64,000 nucleotides of DNA, taken from positions 1,050 to 65,049 of the forward strand of contig CAZMGM010000004.1 in NCBI GenBank assembly GCA_964565865.1. The letters run 5' to 3'. The notes under the pieces are model-generated. The model was not told where the DNA came from and searched no databases. It saw only the letters and a program-made list of their open reading frames with translations. This DNA is from an uncultured Acidobacteriota bacterium (lineage in GTDB: Bacteria; Acidobacteriota; UBA6911; RPQK01; CBDAPI01). Position 1 is the stretch's first letter. Each line of letters starts with the position of its first letter. Of the stretch, positions 55,175 through 64,000 are shown piece after piece. The position numbers and the translations under genes are program-made.

Positions 55175-55924
55175 TTAGCTGTCGGCAGGGCCGACGTCGC
55201 CCCACAGAAACTGAGCAATGGAGAGTGTTGCGAGTGCGGCTGTCTCGGCGCGGAGAGTTCTGGGACCGATGTGAAAGGATCTGGCTTCATGCCGTCTGAA
55301 AAGGTCATGTTCCTCGCTACTCCATCCCCCTTCCGGACCCGTGAGAAGCATCAGGCTTCGAGGCGGGGCAGGGGTGGTAGCCTTCCCCAGGGCGTCTTGA
55401 AGGTTCATCCGGCTTTTCGGGTCGAGAACGAGTCTCAAGTCTGGCAGCGGTCGTTTCAGGAACTCGTCCAAAGGGGTGGTGGGACTCAGGACAGGGACTC
55501 TACTGCGCCCGCACTGCTTGACACTTTCCTCCAGAATCCTCTCCCAGCGAGCCAGCAGCCGGTTAGCCTTTGGCGGGCGGCGAGGGTCGACGTAGCGAGT
55601 ATTCAATGGGACGATCTCCATAACCCCCAGTTCGCAGGCTTTTTGAATCATCCACTCGAACCGGTCCTTCTTGATTATGGCAGCTGCCAGCACGATCTCC
55701 AGCGGCGACTCTGCGAGGGTACCAACACAATATTCGGTCTCAATCCTCCACTGGCCTGCCTTGCGACCCAGCCTGCACTCGTACCAGGCGGCCTCCTCCA
55801 GGTGCAGCCCCAGGAATGTTTCTCCCGGCGAGAGGCGTCGAACGCGCACCAGGTGGTGGATTTCGTTTTCCGACAGAGACGGACGGCCCTGGTCATCGAC
55901 CTGAATCAACGCCCGGTAGGTCAT
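55175..55924 (-). CDS. rsmE: 16S rRNA (uracil1498-N3)-methyltransferase
   Basis: …HHLVRVRRLSPGETF… PUA-like N-terminus and …LLTGPEGGWSSEE… SPOUT motif; ATG 55924 overlaps the prmA stop (ATGA). Confidence 0.8.
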   Translation of the reverse strand: MTYRALIQVDDQGRPSLSENEIHHLVRVRRLSPGETFLGLHLEEAAWYECRLGRKAGQWRIETEYCVGTLAESPLEIVLAAAIIKKDRFEWMIQKACELGVMEIVPLNTRYVDPRRPPKANRLLARWERILEESVKQCGRSRVPVLSPTTPLDEFLKRPLPDLRLVLDPKSRMNLQDALGKATTPAPPRSLMLLTGPEGGWSSEEHDLFRRHEARSFHIGPRTLRAETAALATLSIAQFLWGDVGPADS

Positions 55925-56775
55925 TTGAATCTCCGCAGATGCAGCGACGACCAGCCCCGGTCGACAAGTTCCCGATGTCTCTGAAATCCGTACTCCGAAA
56001 AACTCTCGAGTACCCTGCTGCTGGCTTCGCACGGAAAACCCGAGACGATCAGGTCGCCACCCGTAATCCGGTCAATTTCCCCCGATAGTTTGTCCAGGAT
56101 AGGCCCCGTCAAGTTCGCTACCACAAGATCCCATCTAGAGGCCATGGCCTCCACGCCTGCCTGCACCAGGTGGATGTGGAAGACCCAGTTTTTCAAGAAG
56201 TTTGAGGCAGCACAACGCGTTGCCTGCCCATCGATATCAATCGCCGTCACCTGCGCAGCCGGGTTCAACTTTGCCGCTGCCATGGCCAGAATTCCGCTAC
56301 CTGTTCCAATGTCGAGGACTGTGCGAGATCCAAGGGCGGCTTTCTCAAGGTTTCTGAGTGCCAGGCGGGTCGATTCATGGGTGCCTGTACCGAAGGCCCG
56401 TCCCGGTTCCATGAGAATACTCACTGGAGAGTCGGGAGGGGGTTCCACCCAGCCTGGATGGATGTAGAAAGTCTGTCCGATGGAGAACCCGCGAAAATGG
56501 CGGCGCACTTCCTGAAGCCATTGACCGGGGTCAATCCTTATCTTTGAGAGATGGAAGCCGGATGCCAGTTTGCGCTGGACCATAGCAGTTGAGAAGCTCT
56601 TCCGGAATTCTGCAATGGATCTGTCAGCAGGAAAGAATGCGGAGAGATGTGTGCCCCCGGCCTCCGTATCTTCCTGGATGCCACATGTTTCGAAGTCCGT
56701 CAACAGAGCAATGAGCAACTCATACTCGTCCGGATGTGCATGCAGGTCCAGCTGGATCCACATCTGGCTGTCCAC
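55921..56775 (-). CDS. prmA: ribosomal protein L11 methyltransferase
   Basis: …FYIHPGWVEPP…VLDIGTGSGILAMAAAKL…. Confidence 0.85.
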   Translation of the reverse strand: MDSQMWIQLDLHAHPDEYELLIALLTDFETCGIQEDTEAGGTHLSAFFPADRSIAEFRKSFSTAMVQRKLASGFHLSKIRIDPGQWLQEVRRHFRGFSIGQTFYIHPGWVEPPPDSPVSILMEPGRAFGTGTHESTRLALRNLEKAALGSRTVLDIGTGSGILAMAAAKLNPAAQVTAIDIDGQATRCAASNFLKNWVFHIHLVQAGVEAMASRWDLVVANLTGPILDKLSGEIDRITGGDLIVSGFPCEASSRVLESFSEYGFQRHRELVDRGWSSLHLRRFK

Positions 56776-56778
56776 GAA

Positions 56779-57891
56779 TCAACCGAATATCTCTTTGACC
56801 TTTTCAAAAAGCCCCCAGCCTTCATCGACTTCATCGCCTGAGACCTCGGCAAGCCTCTTGAAAAGCTCTCTCTGTTCCTGGCTAAGTCGGGAGGGCGTGA
56901 CAAGTCGCACGGTAACATACTGATCGCCCTTTCCCCGCCCGTTGAGACTTGCGATGCCGTGTTGCTTGAGGCGCAAGACGGTGCCGCTGTGAGTCCCCTC
57001 GGGAATCTTGATGGTCTCCCTGCCTGAGAGAGTGGGGACTTCGATCTCGGCTCCCAATGCAGCCTGACTGAAGGTCAGTGGCATCTCACAGTAAATGTTC
57101 TGGTTTTGCCGCTTGAAAAAGGGGTGGTCCTTGACAACTGTAACGACAAAGAGGTCACCCGGGGGACCGCCCTGCGAACCGGGCTCGCCTTCTCCGGCGA
57201 CTCTAAGCTGCATGCCATCATCCACACCAGGTGGAATCGCGATCTCGAGGACCTTCTCTCTTCGAATCCGACCCTGGCCCTTACAGGATGTACAGGCAGT
57301 CCGGATGATCTGACCTCGACCCTGGCAGGAACTGCACGTTCGTGTGATTGAGAAGAAACCCTGCTGGAATCGAGTCTGTCCCTTACCCCCGCACTGAGTA
57401 CACGTAACCAAACCACCACTGGGTTTGGCACCGGTACCTTCGCAGGTTAAGCAGTCTTCGGGCCGAGGGATCTTGATCCTGGTCTTGACACCAAAAGCCG
57501 CTTTTTCAAAGTCAAGCTCCAGGTCGTACCTGAGATCGGCCCCCGCCCGCGCGCGGCCCTCGCTCGATCTCCCGCCAAAAAGATCCCCAAATCCGAAGAA
57601 ATCACCTAGGATGTCACCAAAATCGGAGAAGACCTCGGGATCAAATCCAGCTGGGGCGGAACCCACTCCAGCGTGTCCGAAGCGGTCGTATTTTGCCCGC
57701 TGATTCTCGTCGCTGAGAACGCTGTAGGCCTCTGCGGCTTCTTTGAACTTTTCCTCTGCCCGTCGATTGTCGGGATTACGATCAGGGTGATATTGAACGG
57801 CGGCCTGACGGTAGGCTTTTTTGATCTCCGAAAGGGCGGCCTTTCGAGGCACCCCGAGAACTTCGTAATAGTCTCGCTTCGACACTTCCAC
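56779..57891 (-). CDS. dnaJ: molecular chaperone DnaJ
   Basis: J-domain with HPD (YHPDRNP), G/F-rich region, four CxxCxGxG zinc-finger repeats, C-terminal domains. Confidence 0.9.
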   Translation of the reverse strand: MEVSKRDYYEVLGVPRKAALSEIKKAYRQAAVQYHPDRNPDNRRAEEKFKEAAEAYSVLSDENQRAKYDRFGHAGVGSAPAGFDPEVFSDFGDILGDFFGFGDLFGGRSSEGRARAGADLRYDLELDFEKAAFGVKTRIKIPRPEDCLTCEGTGAKPSGGLVTCTQCGGKGQTRFQQGFFSITRTCSSCQGRGQIIRTACTSCKGQGRIRREKVLEIAIPPGVDDGMQLRVAGEGEPGSQGGPPGDLFVVTVVKDHPFFKRQNQNIYCEMPLTFSQAALGAEIEVPTLSGRETIKIPEGTHSGTVLRLKQHGIASLNGRGKGDQYVTVRLVTPSRLSQEQRELFKRLAEVSGDEVDEGWGLFEKVKEIFG

Positions 57892-57973
57892 TCCGGTATT
57901 CGTTCTTCTGAAAAGCTATAAGATTCAGATCAGCTGCTGGCAAGGGGATCGGGGGAAACACAGGGAAGGCCGC

Positions 57974-58540
57974 TCACTCCTCCTTCGCCGGGTCTGCCGA
58001 GGCTACCTTCACTTGAGCGGGACGAAGCAGGCGGCCTTTCATAGTATATCCTTTCCGAAATAGCTCCATGACCTCGCCTTCCGCATGACTATCAGTTTGC
58101 TCGACCGCCAGTGCCTCATGAACAGTCGGGTCAAAGGAGTGACCAACTCCAGGCACCTCCGAGACCTCAAAGCGGGTCAGCACTCCCTTCAGTTCTTTCA
58201 CAAGAAGTTGGATCCCGTCGCGGTAGACTTGTAAATCGCCTGACTGTGTCTGGGCTTCCAGTAAGTCAATCCCTTTTTCAGAGGAATCGATAACTGGCAG
58301 GATGGTCTGCAGAACCGAGGCACGCACCGAATCCACCACCTCTATTCTTTCCCTGGCAACCCGCTTTCGAAAATTCTGGATCTCTGCCTCTTTGCGCAGC
58401 CAACGGTCACGGAGGTCGTCCCTTTCCTTACGCAGGAACTCCCGTGATTCTTCGGCAGACTGGGAATTCTCGACCTTGTCGGGAACGGTATCTGCAGGAT
58501 CGAAGTCGGTCAGGTCTTCAGTAGCCTTCTCTTCGCTCAA
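57974..58540 (-). CDS. grpE: nucleotide exchange factor GrpE
   Basis: GrpE coiled-coil and C-terminal beta domain; start moved to TTG 58540 (GGAGG 10 nt upstream, TTGA overlap with the hrcA stop) instead of the GTG at 58588 that would overlap hrcA by 52 nt. Confidence 0.75.
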   Translation of the reverse strand: MSEEKATEDLTDFDPADTVPDKVENSQSAEESREFLRKERDDLRDRWLRKEAEIQNFRKRVARERIEVVDSVRASVLQTILPVIDSSEKGIDLLEAQTQSGDLQVYRDGIQLLVKELKGVLTRFEVSEVPGVGHSFDPTVHEALAVEQTDSHAEGEVMELFRKGYTMKGRLLRPAQVKVASADPAKEE

Positions 58541-59601
58541 TCCGAGGTGGCCTCCTGGCTCCCAGCAGAACCCATCACCTGACAGCACAATCTGGCGACG
58601 CAGTCAACCACGCTGATGGCTTTCTCATACTCCATCCTGCGGGGCCCGAGCACACCCAGAGTCCCCCGACCTTGCCCCCAGCTGTAGGAAGAGGAAACGA
58701 GGCTGAAATCGCGGCCACCGGGGAAATGATCCTCCAGACCGATCGTGACATGGGTCCCATCTTCATCGCCAATGCAGGCATTCACAATTCTGACAAGACG
58801 GTTTTTCCGCTCAAAAGCGCTGAAGAGCATGGTCAACTGGTCGAGATCGCGCTCTCCCATCGCACCGATCATGGTGGTCGTTCCGCCCAGGTAGACGTCA
58901 AACTCACCGGACCCCTCTCGCATGAGACCGGCCGATCCAAGGACGATTATACTTTTCAGCAGACTATCGTACCTTGCCTTGTCTTCGGACATGAGTTGAA
59001 TCAGATTCGCCCGAATTTGGGCCAGAGTTTCACCCGCGTAGTTCCCTGTCAGGTACTTTCCTGCGGCATCCAACTCGCGCTGGCTGAACGTATCCTCGAC
59101 TCGGAGCAACCGGTTTTGTACCAGGCCGCTCTGAGAAACCAGGATAGCGAGAACCCGGTGGGGTGACAGTTTCAGGAACTCTATCTGCCGAATGGGGGCG
59201 CCCGACAGGGGAGGAGCCACCATGAATCCCACCTGATCGGACAAATTGGCCAGGATCTGCGAAACTTGATTCATCAGATGCCCTGGATCCGTTTCTGTTT
59301 CAAGGACACTCCGGATCCAATTCACGTTAAGACCCGACACTTCCGTGAGGCGGATCAGAGAATTGACATAAAGAGAATATCCCTTTTCAGTGGGAACGCG
59401 GCCGGCCGACGTGTGCGGTTGAGACACGAAACCTGCTCTTTCCAGCTCGGCGACAACAGTACGAATCGAGGCGGGACTTATGCCTTCACGGTTGAAGACC
59501 GCCAGACGTCTCGAACCTACCGGTTTGCCGGTGCGGATATACTCTCGCACCAGGTCTCTGAGGATCTCATTTTTCCGACGTGACAGGGTCTCTTCGTTCA
59601 T
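58537..59601 (-). CDS. hrcA: heat-inducible transcription repressor HrcA
   Basis: MNEETLSRRKNEILRDLVREYIRTGKPVGSRRLA… winged-helix N-terminus, full-length HrcA. Confidence 0.85.
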   Translation of the reverse strand: MNEETLSRRKNEILRDLVREYIRTGKPVGSRRLAVFNREGISPASIRTVVAELERAGFVSQPHTSAGRVPTEKGYSLYVNSLIRLTEVSGLNVNWIRSVLETETDPGHLMNQVSQILANLSDQVGFMVAPPLSGAPIRQIEFLKLSPHRVLAILVSQSGLVQNRLLRVEDTFSQRELDAAGKYLTGNYAGETLAQIRANLIQLMSEDKARYDSLLKSIIVLGSAGLMREGSGEFDVYLGGTTTMIGAMGERDLDQLTMLFSAFERKNRLVRIVNACIGDEDGTHVTIGLEDHFPGGRDFSLVSSSYSWGQGRGTLGVLGPRRMEYEKAISVVDCVARLCCQVMGSAGSQEATSD

Positions 59602-59769
59602 GAAGGTTGGGTTTCTTATAGCACAGGGCTCTGGCGAGGCGCAATTTGCCCCGTCACTCGAGAAAGAACCGGGGAAAACGTATCTTACAGGGAAATTTCG
59701 AGTGCGCTTTTGTTCGCAAACGTCATCGTATTTTTAGAGAGAATCGCGTACTATATAGCTCCTACTCCA

Positions 59770-61662
59770 ATGAACCTTGCAGCACATCAGTTGCCCGGGG
59801 GTTCGGTCTTCGTCGGATTCCTTTTGACTCTTGTCGCTTCGGAGCTTGCAATCATGGCTCTGCATGCGCAATCCGATTTCCCATCTTCCGCTCCGGCGAG
59901 GCTCCTCGAATCCATTCAAGAAGTGCTGCGCGAAACGGATACACCGGGCGCTGGTCTCGCTCTCGTGAGCCGCGAGCGCCTGGAGTGGGCTGGTGGAGTG
60001 GGCTATGCTGATGTGGAAGCCGGACGTGTTGTAACGGGTACAACCCTTTTCCGAATCGGGTCGATTTCGAACATCTTCGTAGCCCTTTCCGTTCTCAGGC
60101 TGCAGGAGAGAGGGCACCTCGAGCTGGGAGATTTTGTGAGCTCCCTGGCGCCTGGCCTCGAAGTCCAAAACCCCTGGACCCAAAGCCACCCTTTGACACT
60201 GGCTCACCTTCTCGAGCACACAGGAGGTCTTGCTGACTTGCAGGCGCACGAGTGTGCTCACAACGCCCCCAGCCCGATTTCGCTCCGCGAAGGACTGGCT
60301 CTCCGTCCTGTGCACCTCTGTCGATGGCCGCCGGGGAAGCTCTTTTCCTACTCCGACGCCGGTCCGGCCATGGCTGCTCTAGTCGTAGAGCAAATCACGG
60401 GCCAGCCCTTTGAGTCATACGTACAGGAAGAACTGTTTGCTCCTCTGGGAATGGAGACGTCTACTTTCTACCCGAATGAGAGCCTGGCCAGAGGCTATGT
60501 GAAGGGCAGGGTGGCTGACTACCAGCACCTTGGCCTCCGCGCTTCCGGGGGGGTCAATTCTTCGCCCGGTGAGATGGCTGCGCTGCTGCTCTTGTTCCTG
60601 AATCGGGGTCGGTACGGGCAGCGACAGGTTCTCACACCCGAATCCATCTACCGAATGGAGACGCCATCCACCAGCCTGGCCGCCAGGAACGGCATAAGAA
60701 CGGGATACGGTCTTTGTCTGAATACGACGATTCTAGACGGCTTTCTGGTTCGTGGACACTCCGGGAGCATAAGGGGATACCGGTCTCACTTCGAGTATCT
60801 TCCACGGTGCGGAAAGGGATTTGTCCTGTTCATCAATTCAACCAGCACAGCGGCTCTTTCCCGATCAGCCCGGATCATCCGCCAGCACCTGCTGAAAGAT
60901 CTTCCACAGTCCCAACCACCTCGCTCCGAAATCCCGGCCTGGCGAATAGCCGGCCTGGCTGGATACTATCGACCCATCTCCCCACGCCGGGAACTGAATC
61001 GTTTCCTGGGCAATCTCCTGGGCGTGATCCGGCTGGATTTGGAAGGGAACCAGTTGCGGGTCGCTGGCAAAAATCCCAACCAGATTCTCATCCCGCTTAC
61101 AGATCGCCGGTTTCGGGGGCCGGATGATCCCATCCCCAGCGCTGTCTTCGTGAAGGACCAGGGAAGAATGATCCTCCAGGGTACCGGACGAATTATCGAG
61201 GGCAGCTATCTCGCGGTTCCCTCATGGCGGTTGTGGTCGGAGAGAGCTGCGGCCGTGACAGCTTGCGTCCTCATGCTCTCCGGTCTGGCTTTCGCCTTCT
61301 CCTGGGTCCCTCTCCGGTTGATGGTGCGGCTCCGGGAGCGGAAATGGATTGGGCTGGGTCTGCTGCCCGCTCTGGCCTCAGCGACGATGCTTCTGGGCAC
61401 AGCTGTTGTTGCGGCAGCATTACACGATCCTGTTCAGCGACTCGGCAACCTGACCTTCTGGTCTTTTTCGATTTTCGCTCTGGGTAGTCTCTTTGCGGCT
61501 TTCGCTATCCTGGGTATGTTTCAGTCGGTCAGAGGCCTAACCTGGACAAAAACCCGTCTGGAAGTCCGAATTCTGGCCCTGGCTTCTTCATGTGGCAGCC
61601 TTGGAATCGCAGTCTACCTCTGGAGTCACGGAATCGTGGGGCTGCGAACCTGGGTCTACTGA
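59770..61662 (+). CDS. beta-lactamase/transpeptidase-like (class C/esterase-type) protein with SxxN in place of SxxK, plus a C-terminal 4-TM membrane domain
   Basis: Signal peptide from ATG 59770; …TLFRIGSISNIFVAL… (the Ser-x-x-Lys position reads SISN, 60061-60072), YSD at the YxN position; four hydrophobic helices in the last about 160 aa. Confidence 0.65.
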   Translation: MNLAAHQLPGGSVFVGFLLTLVASELAIMALHAQSDFPSSAPARLLESIQEVLRETDTPGAGLALVSRERLEWAGGVGYADVEAGRVVTGTTLFRIGSISNIFVALSVLRLQERGHLELGDFVSSLAPGLEVQNPWTQSHPLTLAHLLEHTGGLADLQAHECAHNAPSPISLREGLALRPVHLCRWPPGKLFSYSDAGPAMAALVVEQITGQPFESYVQEELFAPLGMETSTFYPNESLARGYVKGRVADYQHLGLRASGGVNSSPGEMAALLLLFLNRGRYGQRQVLTPESIYRMETPSTSLAARNGIRTGYGLCLNTTILDGFLVRGHSGSIRGYRSHFEYLPRCGKGFVLFINSTSTAALSRSARIIRQHLLKDLPQSQPPRSEIPAWRIAGLAGYYRPISPRRELNRFLGNLLGVIRLDLEGNQLRVAGKNPNQILIPLTDRRFRGPDDPIPSAVFVKDQGRMILQGTGRIIEGSYLAVPSWRLWSERAAAVTACVLMLSGLAFAFSWVPLRLMVRLRERKWIGLGLLPALASATMLLGTAVVAAALHDPVQRLGNLTFWSFSIFALGSLFAAFAILGMFQSVRGLTWTKTRLEVRILALASSCGSLGIAVYLWSHGIVGLRTWVY

Positions 61663-61803
61663 CCATTCCACGTGTCACCTTCGAGGCTGATCGGGATGGA
61701 GCCATATCGGAGAAAGTTGCGTCGAAATTGGCACTGGTCGCTTTCCATCATCTTTTTTCTTGAAACAGCAGTTCATGCCGTGTTTCTGCAACAAAACAGC
61801 GAC

Positions 61804-62200
61804 TCAAGGTGCCCGGGCTTTGCTTAGCCAATTGTCTCCCTCGCTGCAGAGTTCCCTTCGGGCCAGGTTCCTCATCGCGTCTGTAATCAAGTCAGAAATC
61901 CGGTGATAGGTCCCGCTGATATCACCTACAGGAAACAGTTGCGTGTCATTGGAAACGTCGGCATAGGTAAGTTCTTGATCGTGCACGACTCCACGACCTC
62001 CGGTCAACCTCCTGACCCACTGGATTCCGTTTCTTGCACAGTACGACAAATCAGCCACCTGCTCCAGATCCTGGTTGCATCGCACCCAAACGGTTGGGTC
62101 TGACCAGTGCTAAAAACTAACTACCGTGATGGAGATCCGGGAAGCTTCCGCGCGTTCCAGAAGAGTCCGATCCCTGTACATGTTTGCTGCGCCGGAGGCA
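61804..62200 (-). pseudogene. lipoate-protein ligase (LplA/BPL_LplA_LipB) gene remnant
   Basis: The 93-aa frame reads …WVRRLTGGRGVVHDQELTYADV…SEGDNWL (compare LplA …ARRSSGGGAVFHDLGN…SGRNDLV) and then stops; the N-terminal part (…GLFWNARKL…) lies in a broken upstream frame; about 200 C-terminal aa are absent. Confidence 0.4.
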
Positions 62201-62476
62201 GCGGGATCGAGGCATACACACTGGCAGGTGGTGTGTCTCGACAGCTCTCCGGACCTCTGAGGTGCAACACTCGCCAGAGTTTCCCTTGGGAGGGGCGATT
62301 TTGTAGTCTTCAGGCTGCCTGTTGCTAGATGCAGCTCAAAGGCTAAGGGTTGAAAGTTGGCGGTGAGTCATGTCGAAACTGTCTGAATGGGTAAATGGTG
62401 ATCCCACAACCTGACATGAACCCCCGGACCGCGGAACCAGTACAGGCACGAGCGGCTCCACAAATGCGGAATCCAG

Positions 62477-64000
62477 TCAAGGCTTCACGAACGAAGAATA
62501 TCGGATTCCCTTCTCGCGATCCGCCGAATAGACGACGCGCAGTACGACGCCGGCTCCGGATTCGAGATTGAGGATTTTGTCCCTGAACTCTGGCCCCGAA
62601 GTCACGGGCTCACCGTTGACGTGAGTAACAATCTCTCCCTGTCTCAGAGCAGCGTCATCGGCCAGACTGGTCGGAGTTACCTCGAGAATGAGAATTCCCT
62701 TTTCGTCCTCAATCCCGAGCCGTTCCAGATCACGCTCCGTTGCTGACCTGACTTCCAGGCCGATCTCCTTTTTCCTATCCCGCTCAACCTTCTCATCCAG
62801 AGAGATCCCCTTAGTCTGAGCCTCCAGCTCCTGTTCCAGAGTTCTTTCCTCAAGTACCACGGTCACCTCGAGAACCTGTCCCTTGCGAACCGCCACAATC
62901 GGGACTTCTTCGTTGGGAGGCGTGTTGGCGATCGCAGCGCGCAGGTCCCAGGAAGTCTGCACCTCACGACCGTCCACTTTGACGATGACGTCTTCGGCTT
63001 GCAGTCCTGCCTGGTCGGCCGGGCCGGATTCAATCACTTCGGTTACGAGTATTCCATCGCCGTCGGTGACACCTTCAGGGTCATTTCCCATAACACCGAA
63101 AAAATCGGCCATTTCAGGAGTCAAGGATCCGACATTCATCTTGATTCCCATGAAGCCTCGCTCGATTTTTCCCTTGGTGACCAGCTGATTGTAGGAGTTG
63201 ATAAAAACGGTCGAGGGAATAGCGAAACCAACTCCCAGAGATCCACCGGTCTGGGTTGTGATGAAAGCGTTCAGACCAACCACTTCGCCTCGAGTATTGA
63301 CCAGCGGCCCCCCGCTGTTCCCAGGGTTTATGGCAGCATCCGTCTGGATGTAATCACCGAATATCTCGGTCAGGCCCACTCGGCCCGTTGCTGACACAAT
63401 CCCGGCAGTGACGGTTTTTGACAAGCCAAAGGGACTCCCAAGGGCCAGGACCCAGTCTCCAACCTTCACCGTATCCGAGTCCCCAATCTTGGCAAAGGGA
63501 ATGGGCTCATTAGCATCTATCTTGAGCACCGCAAGGTCCGACTGCCGGTCTATTCCGATGACCTCGGCCGAGTACTTAGAATTGTTGGCAAGTGTCACCG
63601 TGATCTTATCTGCCTGCTGCACCACGTGGTTGTTGGTCAAGATATAGCCTGCACTGTCGACGATAACACCCGATCCAACACCCAATCGCTTGCGCTCACG
63701 CGGCCGCTCTTGCTGGTCGAAAAAGCGGTCAAAGAGCTCTGGACCGAAAAAATTTCGGAAGGCGTCCGGGGGCATATTCGCCCCAAGCTCGACAAGTCCT
63801 TGAGTCCGGATATTCACGACGGCGGGTCCAACCGTCTCGACCAAACGGGCAAAACCTTCACGAAGAGGAGCTTCACGATCCAATACAAGAGGGGTGCCCC
63901 CTCCTTTACGCGTCAGCTTTGAAACCTGCCCCTCGGAGGGATTGGCTCCAACCCCGTTCAAAACAATCGAGCCAATCACTACTCCCAGCGCCAGCGTGAC
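62477..64000 (-). CDS. htrA: serine protease Do/HtrA/DegP (trypsin domain + two PDZ), 5' end beyond the window
   Basis: …ILTNNHVV…D…GNSGGPLVN catalytic triad context; two PDZ-like regions; the frame stays open to position 64000 (hydrophobic N-terminal signal region …VTLALGVVIGSIVL…). Confidence 0.85.
   Translation of the reverse strand, partial: VTLALGVVIGSIVLNGVGANPSEGQVSKLTRKGGGTPLVLDREAPLREGFARLVETVGPAVVNIRTQGLVELGANMPPDAFRNFFGPELFDRFFDQQERPRERKRLGVGSGVIVDSAGYILTNNHVVQQADKITVTLANNSKYSAEVIGIDRQSDLAVLKIDANEPIPFAKIGDSDTVKVGDWVLALGSPFGLSKTVTAGIVSATGRVGLTEIFGDYIQTDAAINPGNSGGPLVNTRGEVVGLNAFITTQTGGSLGVGFAIPSTVFINSYNQLVTKGKIERGFMGIKMNVGSLTPEMADFFGVMGNDPEGVTDGDGILVTEVIESGPADQAGLQAEDVIVKVDGREVQTSWDLRAAIANTPPNEEVPIVAVRKGQVLEVTVVLEERTLEQELEAQTKGISLDEKVERDRKKEIGLEVRSATERDLERLGIEDEKGILILEVTPTSLADDAALRQGEIVTHVNGEPVTSGPEFRDKILNLESGAGVVLRVVYSADREKGIRYSSFVKP

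Noticed and set aside
59602-59709. possible CIRCE operator upstream of hrcA (TTATAGCAC…CACTCGAG)
   Set aside because: The half-sites and 9-nt spacing do not fit TTAGCACTC-N9-GAGTGCTAA. Only fragments match.

Overview
This is a 64 kb chromosomal segment from a high-GC (about 60%) bacterium, gene-dense on both strands. I found no rRNA, tRNA, CRISPR array, transposase or integrase. The DUF1501 + PSCyt/DUF1549/DUF1553 gene pair and a CRTAC1/ASPIC-UnbV FG-GAP protein suggest a Planctomycetota/Verrucomicrobiota/Acidobacteriota-type lineage (inference). Contents in order: (1) a five-gene peptide/nickel-type ABC importer operon on the minus strand with translationally coupled genes. (2) A secreted ankyrin+TPR protein with near-identical internal DNA repeats, coupled to a CRTAC1-like protein. 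(3) A tandem cyclase-family lipoprotein, an Ldh_2 dehydrogenase, and an HpcH/HpaI aldolase overlapping an NRAMP-like transporter. (4) The DUF1501/PSCyt pair and several NAD-dependent dehydrogenases. (5) The most interesting part, a roughly 15 kb corrinoid-dependent methyl-transfer island (about 22.3-37.1 kb). It holds two B12-binding corrinoid proteins (DxHxxG), two URO-D/MtaA-family methyltransferases (one with an H-x-C...C zinc motif, one without), a pterin-binding methyl-THF:corrinoid methyltransferase, a RACo-type reductive activator (2Fe-2S + ASKHA), an embedded second HpcH aldolase, a small Cys-containing ORF, two unknown proteins, an SDR and an acetogen-type MetV-MetF methylene-THF reductase. 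Degraded gene remnants (a TIM-barrel fragment and an AMMECR1 pseudogene) flank it. The methyl substrate cannot be read from the sequence, and the component combination does not match the classical methanol, methylamine or glycine-betaine systems. (6) Housekeeping genes: cell-wall amidase with C-terminal repeats, SixA, M28 peptidase, CimA, cupin, PckA, BshA-like GT4, CoxG, YggS, class II B12-dependent RNR NrdJ preceded by tandem NrdR boxes, an outer-membrane beta-barrel protein, rsmE-prmA-dnaJ-grpE-hrcA, a beta-lactamase-like pseudo(?)enzyme with a membrane domain, an lplA remnant and HtrA running off the window end.
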